Assembly: GCA_964573095.1 (NCBI GenBank)
Contig: CAZNIK010000001.1
Coordinates: 249,004 to 313,003 of the forward strand
Reading direction: 5' to 3'
DNA: 64,000 nt
From: an uncultured Candidatus Saccharibacteria bacterium
Lineage (GTDB): Bacteria; Patescibacteriota; Saccharimonadia; Saccharimonadales; 2-12-FULL-41-12
Shown one piece after another: positions 38,747-48,165 of the stretch. Numbering within the stretch: position 1 is the first letter of the stretch; every line of letters starts with the position of its first letter. The notes beneath the pieces were generated by a model. The model worked only from the letters and a program-made list of their open reading frames with translations. It did no database searches and had not been told where the DNA came from. Made by a program: the position numbers and the translations under genes.

Positions 38747-38818
38747 GTACATGGTTGCCTTTAGACCGTCCTTGCCCAAGGCGGCTCCTTGCAAAGCTTT
38801 CAAGTACTTTTCCGCGTA

Positions 38819-39346
38819 CTACGAACCAAACCGGGCCACACACTCTTGAATAACCGCGCGCGCCTCGTTCGCATCACCCCAGCCCAAGACCTTGGTTGAC
38901 CCTGGTTTTTTTAGGTCTTTATAGTGATTAAAGTGATGTTCTATTTTTTGCTTCCATTGTGCGTGTAGATCATCAAGTGTCTCAATTGCGTCACCAGTAT
39001 TTCGGTCGTCCGCGGGCACACAGACAACCTTGTGATCGGCTTCACCATCATCCTCAAAATTGAGGATGCCGACGACTTTGGCTTTTAGATATACTCCTGT
39101 GGGGATCGGGTCGTTCGTCAAAATCAATGTGTCCAACTCGTCTCCGTCCTCGTCAAGAGTGCGTGGAATAAAGCCATAGTTTGTCGGCTTCGCAAAGATA
39201 CTAGGCTCGACCCTATCGAGTTCAAAACACGCGAGGTCCCGATTCCACTCGATCTTGAGTGTCGACCACTTGGGTATTTCGACAACAGTATTGATAATGC
39301 CTTCCGCAACAGCACCGGCATCAAGAATTTTGTTAAAGTCTGGCAT
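38819..39346 (-). CDS. ppa: Inorganic pyrophosphatase (family I)
   Basis: It has VVEIPKWS, YGFIPRTLDEDGDELD and DHKVV motifs. The ATG at 39346 is preceded by AAGAGGTG at 6-nt spacing. Confidence 0.9.
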   Translation of the reverse strand: MPDFNKILDAGAVAEGIINTVVEIPKWSTLKIEWNRDLACFELDRVEPSIFAKPTNYGFIPRTLDEDGDELDTLILTNDPIPTGVYLKAKVVGILNFEDDGEADHKVVCVPADDRNTGDAIETLDDLHAQWKQKIEHHFNHYKDLKKPGSTKVLGWGDANEARAVIQECVARFGS

Positions 39347-39385
39347 ATGAAGCACCTCTTTTATTCAATTTGCTTTTAGATACTC

Positions 39386-39391
39386 TATACT
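39386..39391 (+). promoter_or_regulatory. -10 box TATACT 7 nt upstream of the GDPD ATG; leaderless-type promoter
   Basis: The sequence reads actcTATACTataacaaATG. A possible -35 TTCAAT lies 16 nt upstream. Confidence 0.45.
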
Positions 39392-39398
39392 ATAACAA

Positions 39399-40094
39399 AT
39401 GTTACTCATAGGTCATCGAGGTGCCGCTGGCATTCAGCCCGAAAACACCATCGCGAGCTTAAAAGCTGCCCTGGCTGAAAAAGTCGATATGGTTGAGTTT
39501 GATGTACGCGTCACCAAAGATAAGAAATTTGTGCTTGTTCACGATAGTGATCTACTTAGAATTGCCAATAATCCTAGTAAAGTCTGCGAACTCACACAAC
39601 GTGAACTAGTCGATATTCCAACCGTGAGCGGCGAACCAATTCCGACGATTGACCAGGCCATAAAAACATGCGGCAACACGCCAATACTGTTTGACTGCAA
39701 GGGCAAGGGTTGGGCAACTCTGCTGGCTGAGAAACTTAAGGCTTTTCGCGGTCCAACGCCCGCAGTTACTGCCATCGATCGCCGCGAGCTTGTGCTTTTT
39801 AGTCAGCTCATGCCGCACATCGAAACCTACGTGTCTGAGCTCACCAAACCTTTTGATGCAATTCACTCGGCCAAAACAATGGGCTTATGTGGCGTATCGC
39901 TTAATTTTTGGGTACTCCATCCGCTCAGCTATCACTACGCCCGTCGCAGTAATCAAAAGCTGCTTGTATATACAGTCGATCACCCTTGGTTTGCGCGCTT
40001 TTTGCACTTCTTTTTTCCCAAAGCGGGAATTATTACCAATAAACCAGACCTGCTTAATAAGACATTCAAGCGCAGCCGAGCTCGAAGAAAATGA
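39399..40094 (+). CDS. Glycerophosphodiester phosphodiesterase family protein
   Basis: It has LIGHRGAAGIQPENT and VEFDVRVTKD motifs. Confidence 0.8.
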   Translation: MLLIGHRGAAGIQPENTIASLKAALAEKVDMVEFDVRVTKDKKFVLVHDSDLLRIANNPSKVCELTQRELVDIPTVSGEPIPTIDQAIKTCGNTPILFDCKGKGWATLLAEKLKAFRGPTPAVTAIDRRELVLFSQLMPHIETYVSELTKPFDAIHSAKTMGLCGVSLNFWVLHPLSYHYARRSNQKLLVYTVDHPWFARFLHFFFPKAGIITNKPDLLNKTFKRSRARRK

Positions 40095-40774
40095 TTTCAG
40101 TAAAGTTTTTATCAAAAGAAAAGGTTGCGCGTGATACCTACTCGTTTTACTTTACCCCCGAAAAGCCAGTTTCATTCGTCGCTGGTCAATTCATTGAGCT
40201 GTTTTTAACCGACCACGCACACAACCACGCTCAGAAGCGCTGGTTCACCCTTTCAAGCTCACCTTCCGAAAATCGACTCGCAATCACCACCCGAATTAAT
40301 CCTTCGACTACAAGCGACTACAAACGAGCACTATTCCATCTATCGCCGCAAGTAAAGCTCAAAATGGCAAACCCAATGGGAGATTTCGTACTACCAGTGG
40401 ATAGCGCTATCCCCCTAATATTTATTGCGGGCGGTATTGGATGTACGCCATTTCGCAGCATCATAAAAGAGCTTGGCGACAAAAGAGAAAAACGCAATAT
40501 TCGCCTCCTTCACGCGGTAAGACACAAAGAAGAGGCGGCTTTTCAAGATGTTTTTGGGGTACTTGGCGACAACTACATCGTACTAGAAACTGCAAAAAGC
40601 GGGCCGCTCAGCACAAAAGATATCTTGTCTTTTTCGAGCCATAATCCGAGTTGCTACTACTACGTTTCTGGACCAGAACCTATGGTCGAAGCACTGTATA
40701 GCGAACTCCAAAAACAAGGCGTACAAAAAAACCGAATTCTGGGAGACTATTTCCCGGGCTACAACGCCCCTTAG
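40091..40774 (+). CDS. FNR-like FAD/NAD(P)-binding oxidoreductase
   Basis: It has an RxYS-type FAD motif (KRWFTLSSSP) and an NAD(P) motif (IAGGIGCTPF). It overlaps the GDPD gene by ATGA. Confidence 0.7.
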   Translation: MISVKFLSKEKVARDTYSFYFTPEKPVSFVAGQFIELFLTDHAHNHAQKRWFTLSSSPSENRLAITTRINPSTTSDYKRALFHLSPQVKLKMANPMGDFVLPVDSAIPLIFIAGGIGCTPFRSIIKELGDKREKRNIRLLHAVRHKEEAAFQDVFGVLGDNYIVLETAKSGPLSTKDILSFSSHNPSCYYYVSGPEPMVEALYSELQKQGVQKNRILGDYFPGYNAP

Positions 40775-40808
40775 TAACTATTTTTGAGCTTTTGGCGTGC
40801 TTGATATA

Positions 40809-41759
40809 TTATTTTTGACGTTCGAGCTCGTCGAGGTATTCGCGGATTCTTAAGGCCGCGGTCGCGCCCTCGCCTACCGCGCTGGCAATCTGCATTGTCG
40901 CACCGCTCCGTACATCTCCTGCAGCGAACACTCCAGATATCGCCGTCTCAAGGCGGGTATTTGTTTTCACAAGACCTACTTCGTCGAGCTCGATGGCGCT
41001 GGTGTGTAAAAATTCAGTATTTGGTAGCAGACCAATGAAGATAAATACTCCGTCGGTGTCAATGCGCACTGCTTCTGTGCGATTGCGAGTCGATTTCACG
41101 CATACAACTTTGCCGTCTGTTGCCACAATTTCATCCGTCGTGGTATTGAGGTGGACAGTTATTTTGTCGTTGTGCTTGACCAGTTCTTTTTGCAGCACAT
41201 CTGAGGCTCGCATTTTGGGTCCCCTCACCAGCAGATCAATGTGGCTGGCGTACTTGGTTAGAAAAATCGCTTCTTGAACGGCAGAATTACCACCGCCAAC
41301 TACCACAAGTTTCTTGTCGCGATAAAACGCACCGTCACATGTTGCACAGTAATGCACGCCTCGGGCAAAGTACTCGGCTTCGCCTGGAATACCTAACTTT
41401 TTGTAATCACTGCCCGTAGCAATAAGCACTGCCTTTGCGCGGATTGGCCCATCGGTGGTTTCGAGCCGGACCCCGCCTTTTTCCTTATGAATACTCAATA
41501 CCTCGCCCAACTCAATCTTTGCACCAAAGCGTTCTGCTTGTTTGCGTAAGTTTTCCCCAAGCTCGAGACCAGAAATGCCTTCTGCAAAGCCTGGGTAGTT
41601 GTCCACCCAATCAGTAATTGACGCCAGCCCACCTATTACACCCTTCTCATACAGAACGGTTTCGATATCCTCACGCGTAGTGTAGATGGCGGCTGCAAGC
41701 GCCGTTGGTCCTGCCCCAACCATTACCACCTCGTAGGATTTCTCAGTGCTATCCGACAT
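40809..41759 (-). CDS. trxB: Thioredoxin-disulfide reductase
   Basis: It has the GAGPTALAAAIY and GGGNSAVQEA dinucleotide motifs and the redox CATCDG motif. Confidence 0.92.
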   Translation of the reverse strand: MSDSTEKSYEVVMVGAGPTALAAAIYTTREDIETVLYEKGVIGGLASITDWVDNYPGFAEGISGLELGENLRKQAERFGAKIELGEVLSIHKEKGGVRLETTDGPIRAKAVLIATGSDYKKLGIPGEAEYFARGVHYCATCDGAFYRDKKLVVVGGGNSAVQEAIFLTKYASHIDLLVRGPKMRASDVLQKELVKHNDKITVHLNTTTDEIVATDGKVVCVKSTRNRTEAVRIDTDGVFIFIGLLPNTEFLHTSAIELDEVGLVKTNTRLETAISGVFAAGDVRSGATMQIASAVGEGATAALRIREYLDELERQK

Positions 41760-41900
41760 TCACTCTCCTCATAATTACCTTTTTAGACGCTCCGCTTCTA
41801 ACCAGCAAAACGATCAATCTTGCGCCGCTACATCACAGCTACGGCAGAAGAAGACATTCTTGCTACCTCATTCGCGATAGTACGATTAACCAAGTATCGC

Positions 41901-42149
41901 CTACGCAACTGCTGGAGCGAGTTTGGCTAGATTATATCCGACCACCACTTCCTTGGCGTTGTCTTCTTTGGTGACTACCGTTATCGGCACAGAAAGCTGC
42001 CCGCTCATTTCATAGGCCTCTTTTTGGCGGTCTGGGAATTCGTCAAGATTAACTTCTTCGTAGCCCATACCCTTTGCCCCCAACCACTTCTTTACCATGC
42101 CGCAATAGGCACAGGTGTTCGTCGTATAGATAGTGATATTCTTTGCCAT
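41901..42149 (-). CDS. Glutaredoxin-like protein (NrdH/YruB-like)
   Basis: This 82-aa protein has a CAYC redox motif near the N-terminus and a thioredoxin-fold length. Confidence 0.75.
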   Translation of the reverse strand: MAKNITIYTTNTCAYCGMVKKWLGAKGMGYEEVNLDEFPDRQKEAYEMSGQLSVPITVVTKEDNAKEVVVGYNLAKLAPAVA

Positions 42150-42191
42150 CTTCTTTTCCTTTTTTTATTTATTGTTAACTTTTGTAGTTTT

Positions 42192-42220
42192 AGTATATAT
42201 AGCGTGTTTTTTTAAATCAA
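42192..42220 (-). promoter_or_regulatory. Candidate promoter of the glutaredoxin-like gene (-35 TTGATT, 17 nt, -10 TATACT)
   Basis: The minus strand reads aTTGATTtaaaaaaacacgctataTATACT. An AAGGA SD lies further downstream. Confidence 0.45.
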
Positions 42221-42232
42221 TACGCTATATAT
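42195..42232. repeat. Perfect 11-bp inverted repeat ATATATAGCGT-N16-ACGCTATATAT
   Basis: I read both arms directly from the sequence. The loop carries the -35 and one arm overlaps the -10 of the promoter above. The repeat lies just downstream of the FKBP gene stop. Confidence 0.6.
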
Positions 42233-42240
42233 TGTGTTAT

Positions 42241-42792
42241 TTACTTCGTATCGATTAACTCGATATCGAAAACCAGAGCGGAGTTAGCAGGAATATTTCC
42301 TTGTGCTTTATCCCCATATGCCAGGTTTGCAGGAATAATAATTCGTCGCACACCCCCAGCTTTCATGCCGGGAATGCCCTGCTGCCAACCTTGGATCACA
42401 CCCCCAAGCGGAGATGTAAAGGGCTGGCCGGTATCTTTGCTGCTCTGAAAGATTATTCCGTCCTTTGCGAGCGCACCGGTGTAATGAGCGGTAACAGTGC
42501 CACCTTGCTTCACTTCTGCGCCAGTTCCTGGCTTAATGTCGATGACTTTCAACTCAGTGACTTGCTCAACTGGAGTGAAATCACTCAATTTTGTCCCTTC
42601 CAACTTACCCTCCTTATTTTGATTTTTTTGTAACTCATCTAGCTGTTTTTGGATATCTGCATTATTCGCACCAGTGGTGTCTTTTCGAAGCGCTTCGTAA
42701 ATAACAAGCCCGGTAAAACCGACTGATGATAAGAAAAACGCCCCCACCATAACCAAGATAAACATCCTACGACCGTGTGCCTTTACGCCCAT
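42241..42792 (-). CDS. FKBP-type peptidyl-prolyl cis-trans isomerase, membrane-anchored
   Basis: It has an N-terminal TM helix and an FKBP core (VTAHYTGAL.DG..F.SS ... GVIQGWQQGIPGMKAGGVRRIIIP). The SD is AGGAGGG. Confidence 0.87.
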   Translation of the reverse strand: MGVKAHGRRMFILVMVGAFFLSSVGFTGLVIYEALRKDTTGANNADIQKQLDELQKNQNKEGKLEGTKLSDFTPVEQVTELKVIDIKPGTGAEVKQGGTVTAHYTGALAKDGIIFQSSKDTGQPFTSPLGGVIQGWQQGIPGMKAGGVRRIIIPANLAYGDKAQGNIPANSALVFDIELIDTK

Positions 42793-42861
42793 TAACCCTC
42801 CTGTTTTGTCTATGTCTGTTTTATTCTAGCGTACGATTGGTGGTCCGTCTACCTGCAAACT

Positions 42862-44568
42862 TCACCAACCACCACCACCGCCACCACCGCCACCACCGCC
42901 CGATCCGCCCGAGCTACTCGAACGTGACTCTACACTCGAACTAAACGTTTGCGTCGCCGAGCCAATGCCCGACGCAAGCTGTGATGCATTAAACCCAACG
43001 ATGGTGCTTCCAGAGTACCAACTTGGCGGCTCGGTTAGTATGGACTGGAATTGTTTCGACCAGCTCTTTTCCACCCCCAGCGCCACTGCGAAAGGTAAAA
43101 GCTTCTCAAAAAGTTCGACCGTCTTGGTTGGTTCAGCGTAAGGACGATCTGTGCTTTGCAGCATCTTAAGGCGATCCTTCTGTGTAGTGTTCATGTACAG
43201 TTTTAGGCCAAGTACTTTCTCATACATTTCTACGCCCGCATGCGTCCGGCGCTTCATCAGTATCCCGAACACAAAAAAGCTAAGACCAACGATTATCATT
43301 CCAAGCACGTAGCCAACATTGGGGTGAATGAATATTAGTCCACTCCAGGCAAGAATTCCTAAGGCTACAAAAGTTGCTTGGAGTGATGAAGCCGACACGT
43401 CAATCAGCCCATACTCCTTTGTAAGTTCACTTTTTACATCCTTTTGTATGGTGCGCATGGCTTTTTGCATACTTGTTCTATTCACTTTATTAAGAGAAAT
43501 CTTTTTGCCTACAACCACATCGCCAAATAAACCGCGAATAAGCTCGGCTTCGTAAGACTTGAGCTTATCGATATCAGCCTTTGTAAGCTCCAGACTAAAC
43601 TGTCTTTGCTTAAACACAAGTAGCTTCTTTGTATCGTCGTAAATTTTTATATAACCACGTACTGCGAGGTCAATAATTGTCGCCGAAACGTCACGGCCGT
43701 CTATGTTGTAGTCAGCCAGCATCCCCACCTCAGCGGGGCCAAGCCCTTTTGGTGGTTGGTATTCGGGAATAATGACACCACTCCCCCTATAATCTCTTCC
43801 CCGCCTCCACCAATAAACCATCGGAACCAGAGAAATCAAGAGCCCAAAGCCCAAACCGACGATATTCAGATAATTATCGGCTACTTTATTCTTCCAGGTG
43901 GGCTCTACAAAAGGTGTTCCATCAAAAAATACTTCCAGCGACATGTTCTCATTGGGGCGGAGCGCTTGAGTGGTAGCGGCGTTGAGTTTTGATACATCTT
44001 GAGTGACTACGCAGTTGCGGGACTGACTGCCGAGACCACCAGTCACACAAGTTCCGCTCGCGGGAACAAACTTAGTTGAGGCAGCAACAACACTCGCCGA
44101 AACACTTTCGAAAGGCTGTGACCAGTCTGTGCCATTCACATCCCAATAAAACGATTGCTTGCCATCAACAAAGTTAACAACTCTCTCTTGAGAGTAACGT
44201 ATGGTGTAGCTATGAGGCCCAGTTATGGTGCGCTGCGCATCACCAATGCGTAGCACTTTATTATCTCCTTGGCTCTCTACCTTATAAGGTTCTTTTTGGC
44301 CATCACGCTCAACACTTAAAACCTTTAATTTTGTGTCATACCCTCGATAGGTTTTCGGTATGGCCCGCAGAATACCATGATTAAAGCTTGCATAGGTTAC
44401 GTCAATTTTTTCGGTGGTATCCAATGAACCGCCAACTGCTTTTGTATCGAGAGCGTAATTTGCATGAAAGCTTCTAATCACAAAGTTATTGACGTCTGCG
44501 GAGACCTTCGGAGAGACGATAGCTGTCGCCGCGAACAATAGGCAACCAAGAATAAATACTTTTTTCAT
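42862..44568 (-). CDS. DUF2207-like membrane protein with a poly-Gly C-terminus
   Basis: It has a signal peptide, a beta-rich ectodomain and several TM helices in the C-terminal half. It ends SSSGGSGGGGGGGGGGGW. It overlaps pheT by ATGA. Confidence 0.7.
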   Translation of the reverse strand: MKKVFILGCLLFAATAIVSPKVSADVNNFVIRSFHANYALDTKAVGGSLDTTEKIDVTYASFNHGILRAIPKTYRGYDTKLKVLSVERDGQKEPYKVESQGDNKVLRIGDAQRTITGPHSYTIRYSQERVVNFVDGKQSFYWDVNGTDWSQPFESVSASVVAASTKFVPASGTCVTGGLGSQSRNCVVTQDVSKLNAATTQALRPNENMSLEVFFDGTPFVEPTWKNKVADNYLNIVGLGFGLLISLVPMVYWWRRGRDYRGSGVIIPEYQPPKGLGPAEVGMLADYNIDGRDVSATIIDLAVRGYIKIYDDTKKLLVFKQRQFSLELTKADIDKLKSYEAELIRGLFGDVVVGKKISLNKVNRTSMQKAMRTIQKDVKSELTKEYGLIDVSASSLQATFVALGILAWSGLIFIHPNVGYVLGMIIVGLSFFVFGILMKRRTHAGVEMYEKVLGLKLYMNTTQKDRLKMLQSTDRPYAEPTKTVELFEKLLPFAVALGVEKSWSKQFQSILTEPPSWYSGSTIVGFNASQLASGIGSATQTFSSSVESRSSSSGGSGGGGGGGGGGGW

Positions 44569-47096
44569 ATTCTTGTCGCAGGTATCGTTTTGGACATTCT
44601 TTGCGAAGCATCGTCCAACACTTCTGATACTGTTTTATCGGTCAAAGTGTGCGTTCGACTGGTTATTTTGATTCTAAATGTAATTCGCTTTTTCCCAGCC
44701 AGTTGTTGACTCGAAAAAATATCGAGGGGCCGCCAAGACACTTCTTGATCAGAGCTCCGCGCTTGCGTGAGTGCCTCCTCGAACGCCGCAGCAAGCTCGC
44801 CAAAGTTCATTGAGCTTGGAATTTCATAGGTAATATCCGCGTTAACATTTGGAAACTTCGAGAGCGGTAGGTACGAAGATTGAGGACCATCTGCAAGTGT
44901 CGACAAGAAAACCTCGAACCCAGCTGCATGAGGCGGCAGCTTGAAAGCCCGCTGCACCGAAGAAGTAAATTCGCCAACGATACCGACAACCTTTTTCCCG
45001 TCCCAGAGCAACGCGCTGCGTGTTGTGTCAAACGGTTTTGTCATCTGGGTCAACAATTTGTGTCCACCCAACAGCGACTCCTTGAATGGAATTTGTTGTA
45101 TTTGTAGGATTTTTGATACGTACTGCTTAGCATCAAAGTACGCCGCTGCCCTTTGTCCCTTGCGGTTATCGGCATACACTAGGCCCAACCTGCCAAATTC
45201 TCTCGGGATGCCGCTGTCGTCGATCTCAGAGGTGCTATGTACTTTACCAAGCTCAAACAAGGCAAACCTATCGTGACCAGCTTTTATGTTTGGATGCACT
45301 TGTTGCAGCAAGCTAGGAATAAGACTAAGCCTATAGTACTGCAACTCTGGACTTAGCGCGTTACTGAGCTGGAAAGCTAAATCAACATCTTGCCCAGCCT
45401 TCAAAAGCAAGTCGCTGTGGACAAACGTATACGTCAAAACTTCATTTGCTCCCAGACTCGAAAGCAGACGCCTCGTCGTCGCTTTACGTGCCAGTTTGGG
45501 GTCGATCAGCGCGGGCATGATTGATCGTAGTGGCAAATCAAGCGGCAAATGATCAAACCCATATAATCGAGCCACCTCTTCTACGACATCTTCTTCGATC
45601 TCAATATCGGTTCGCCAAAACGGCGGCTTTACAGTTAGTGAACCCTCTTTATGGTGAACCTCAAATTCGACATTCTTAAGTAGTTGAGCCATGTCTTTAT
45701 CTGAAATTACAAAACCAAGACGGCTTCGAATGAAATCTCCAGTTACAGTAACGTTTTCATGGCGGGAGACCTTTTGGGTGTGATCTTTGCTCAGCGTGTC
45801 GAGCACTGGCCCCGCCTGCCTGCCATGCGCAAGCTTTTGGATTTGTTCAATGGCGTAGTTAATAACTGCAATATTCTGTCGATAACTCTGACCTTTATTA
45901 AAACGTGTCACCGCGTCGGAGAATATACCGTACTTCATGCTCATACGACGTATTGTGTACATGTCAAAATTTGCACACTCAAGAACAATATTGGTCGTTG
46001 ATTCATCAACCTCGGTGTCGTGCCCGCCCATAACTCCCCCGAGGCCTATCGGCCCGGCAGCGTCCGCAATTACGATCGTCGCCTCAGCTTCCAAATCCAC
46101 CGTTTTACCATTAAGCATCGTCAGTTTTTCGCTGTCATTTGGGCTTCGAATAATAATTTTTGGCGTCCCTCCAGGCGCGCGAGCTACCAGCTTATCGTAA
46201 TCATATGCATGAAGTGGCTGCCCGGTGAGGTACATCACATAATTGGTAATGTCGACGATGTTGTTGATCGGCCGAATACCAACCCGGGCTAACCCAGCTT
46301 GCAGCCAAAGCGGACTTGGCTCGACTCGAACATCTTTTATTGGCACCATCACAAATCGAGGAGCAAGCTTAGGTAGTTGGTTATCAACCTCTAGCGCCAG
46401 CCCGTCTTGCTCTTTAAACAACTTTGGCTGTGCATCTTCGCGGTACCAATCTGGGCTCTTATACTCAAGACCTTGAATACCGGCAATCTCTCTTGCAACA
46501 CCCAAAACTCCAAAGCAGTCTGGTCGGTGTGTAAACATCTTGTTTTCGATGTCGATTACCACGTCATCAAGCCCGTATAGTTTGCGAAAAGGCGTGCCCG
46601 GCAACATCAACTCCTCACCAACATCCTTCTTGTCTATCACAACAATACCGCCATGATCATCGTTGATGCCAAGCTCGCTCGAACTGGCAATCATGCCATT
46701 GCTCACCACGCCTCTTAGCTCCTTTGACTCCAAAGTGAAAGGGTTTTTGCCGTAAGTGCTTGGAACTGTGACACCAGGCGGAATCCAAGCTACTGTTTGG
46801 CCTTCCGCAACGTTTGGCGCACCACACACAACCTCAACCAACCCTTTTGAGTCACGAGAAACATTTTTGACCACCCCGCCGTCATCCAATGCACACACCT
46901 GGAGCTTGTCGGCATTGGGATGCTTTTTGCATGACACAACTCGGGCAACAACAACCCCTCCGTAACGCGCTCCAAAATCGGTAACCTCATCAACCGCCCC
47001 AAGCTGCGCCCCGATCTTTGTGACGAGCTCGTCAATCCCTGCCGGCATCAGCTCAACGTTGCTATGCCACTGCGCAAAACGCAAACTTACCTTCAT
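44565..47096 (-). CDS. pheT: Phenylalanine--tRNA ligase beta subunit
   Basis: The tRNA-binding OB domain, B3/4, B5 and FDX-ACB-like C-terminal regions are present. It overlaps pheS by 4 nt. Confidence 0.95.
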   Translation of the reverse strand: MKVSLRFAQWHSNVELMPAGIDELVTKIGAQLGAVDEVTDFGARYGGVVVARVVSCKKHPNADKLQVCALDDGGVVKNVSRDSKGLVEVVCGAPNVAEGQTVAWIPPGVTVPSTYGKNPFTLESKELRGVVSNGMIASSSELGINDDHGGIVVIDKKDVGEELMLPGTPFRKLYGLDDVVIDIENKMFTHRPDCFGVLGVAREIAGIQGLEYKSPDWYREDAQPKLFKEQDGLALEVDNQLPKLAPRFVMVPIKDVRVEPSPLWLQAGLARVGIRPINNIVDITNYVMYLTGQPLHAYDYDKLVARAPGGTPKIIIRSPNDSEKLTMLNGKTVDLEAEATIVIADAAGPIGLGGVMGGHDTEVDESTTNIVLECANFDMYTIRRMSMKYGIFSDAVTRFNKGQSYRQNIAVINYAIEQIQKLAHGRQAGPVLDTLSKDHTQKVSRHENVTVTGDFIRSRLGFVISDKDMAQLLKNVEFEVHHKEGSLTVKPPFWRTDIEIEEDVVEEVARLYGFDHLPLDLPLRSIMPALIDPKLARKATTRRLLSSLGANEVLTYTFVHSDLLLKAGQDVDLAFQLSNALSPELQYYRLSLIPSLLQQVHPNIKAGHDRFALFELGKVHSTSEIDDSGIPREFGRLGLVYADNRKGQRAAAYFDAKQYVSKILQIQQIPFKESLLGGHKLLTQMTKPFDTTRSALLWDGKKVVGIVGEFTSSVQRAFKLPPHAAGFEVFLSTLADGPQSSYLPLSKFPNVNADITYEIPSSMNFGELAAAFEEALTQARSSDQEVSWRPLDIFSSQQLAGKKRITFRIKITSRTHTLTDKTVSEVLDDASQRMSKTIPATRI

Positions 47097-48121
47097 CGCA
47101 CGACCCCAAACTGCCTAAGAAAATCCAACCGCGCGCTATGGAAATGGCGAATATCTTCGATACCATGTTTCATCATAACAAGGCGCTCTAAGCCACCACC
47201 CCACGCAAACCCGGTGTACGTCCTTGGATCGATCCCGGCCTCCTTGAGCACATTCGGATGGATCATGCCACATCCGAGAAGCTCAATCCATCCAGTTTGG
47301 CTGCAAATATGGCAACCCTTTTTTTGACAAAACGGACAGCTAAGCGCGAACTCAAAACTCGGTTCGGTAAACGGAAAATAAAACGGCTGAGTCATGACAT
47401 CGATCTCTTGCTTGTAATATTCTTGCAGAAAGGTTTTCAGCGTTGCAATCAGCATACCGGCGTGCGTCCCCTTCGCCACGTAAACCCCCTCAAGTTGGTG
47501 AAACGTGTGTTCGTGTCTCGCATCGAGGTCTTCGTTACGAAATACTCTGCCTGGTATAACGAATGCGATCGGATTGCCCTCGTCTAAAAGATGCGTGTGT
47601 GCCTTCAAAACCCGATGCTGCATGGTGCTGGTGTGGGCTGGAGCAATAAAACCTTCTTTCGTCATAAAAGAATCGTAGTCATCTCTCGCTGGGTGGCCTG
47701 GGGGAAAGTTTAAGCTTCCAAACATATGGTAGTCGTCGTCAATTTGGGTTGACTCTACCACCGAAAAGCCCATTCGGGCATAAATGTCGAGCACCGCCTC
47801 GAGCTCGCTCATTAGTGGATGGACTGATCCTTCGGTCGCTCGGAGAACTCGCGGCCGGTCAGAGGGCGGCGTATTATCAGCCCACGGTGCGGTTACATCA
47901 ATCTGTTCCCTTTTCTCGTCAACTTCTTTGCTCGAGGCCAGCAATGACTCGAGTTCGTGGCGCAGGGCGTTCACCGCTTTCCCAAACGCAGCTCGCTCGT
48001 CTTTGGGCAAAATTTTTAGTTCGTCATATAAGCTCTTAAGCTCCGGGCTCCGCAGCACCGCGCGCTCTCCCGACTTTGCCCGCGTGCGCAAACCCTCAAC
48101 AAGTTCGTGGTGTTGTTCCAT
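47093..48121 (-). CDS. pheS: Phenylalanine--tRNA ligase alpha subunit
   Basis: The class II motifs are present (FPPGHPARD, VIPGRVFRNE, GFAWGGGLERLVM). I prefer the ATG at 48121, because the longer ORF to 48181 would overlap the divergent yajQ start. Confidence 0.93.
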   Translation of the reverse strand: MEQHHELVEGLRTRAKSGERAVLRSPELKSLYDELKILPKDERAAFGKAVNALRHELESLLASSKEVDEKREQIDVTAPWADNTPPSDRPRVLRATEGSVHPLMSELEAVLDIYARMGFSVVESTQIDDDYHMFGSLNFPPGHPARDDYDSFMTKEGFIAPAHTSTMQHRVLKAHTHLLDEGNPIAFVIPGRVFRNEDLDARHEHTFHQLEGVYVAKGTHAGMLIATLKTFLQEYYKQEIDVMTQPFYFPFTEPSFEFALSCPFCQKKGCHICSQTGWIELLGCGMIHPNVLKEAGIDPRTYTGFAWGGGLERLVMMKHGIEDIRHFHSARLDFLRQFGVVR

Positions 48122-48131
48122 CTTGCATTCA

Positions 48132-48140
48132 ATTGTAGCA
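48132..48140 (-). promoter_or_regulatory. Extended -10 (TGcTACAAT) 10 nt upstream of the pheS ATG
   Basis: The minus strand reads ttctTTGcTACAATtgaatgcaagATG, with no SD. Confidence 0.45.
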
Positions 48141-48150
48141 AAGAAGTCTG

Positions 48151-48159
48151 TGCTAGCAT
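48151..48159 (+). promoter_or_regulatory. Extended -10 (TGcTAGCAT) 6 nt upstream of the yajQ ATG; leaderless-type promoter
   Basis: The sequence reads gTGcTAGCATtaatgtATG. It sits back-to-back with the pheS promoter. Confidence 0.42.
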
Positions 48160-48165
48160 TAATGT

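Noticed and set aside
42865-42905. ACC/GCC trinucleotide repeat, considered as a possible CRISPR-like array or non-coding microsatellite.
   Set aside because: It is in frame and encodes the poly-Gly C-terminus of the DUF2207-like protein. There is no spacer-repeat architecture. I report it only as a possible length-variable coding tract.
48122-48165. Possible T-box leader upstream of pheS.
   Set aside because: Only 44 nt separate pheS from the divergent yajQ start, and both are occupied by back-to-back -10 boxes. There is no room for a roughly 200-nt T-box.
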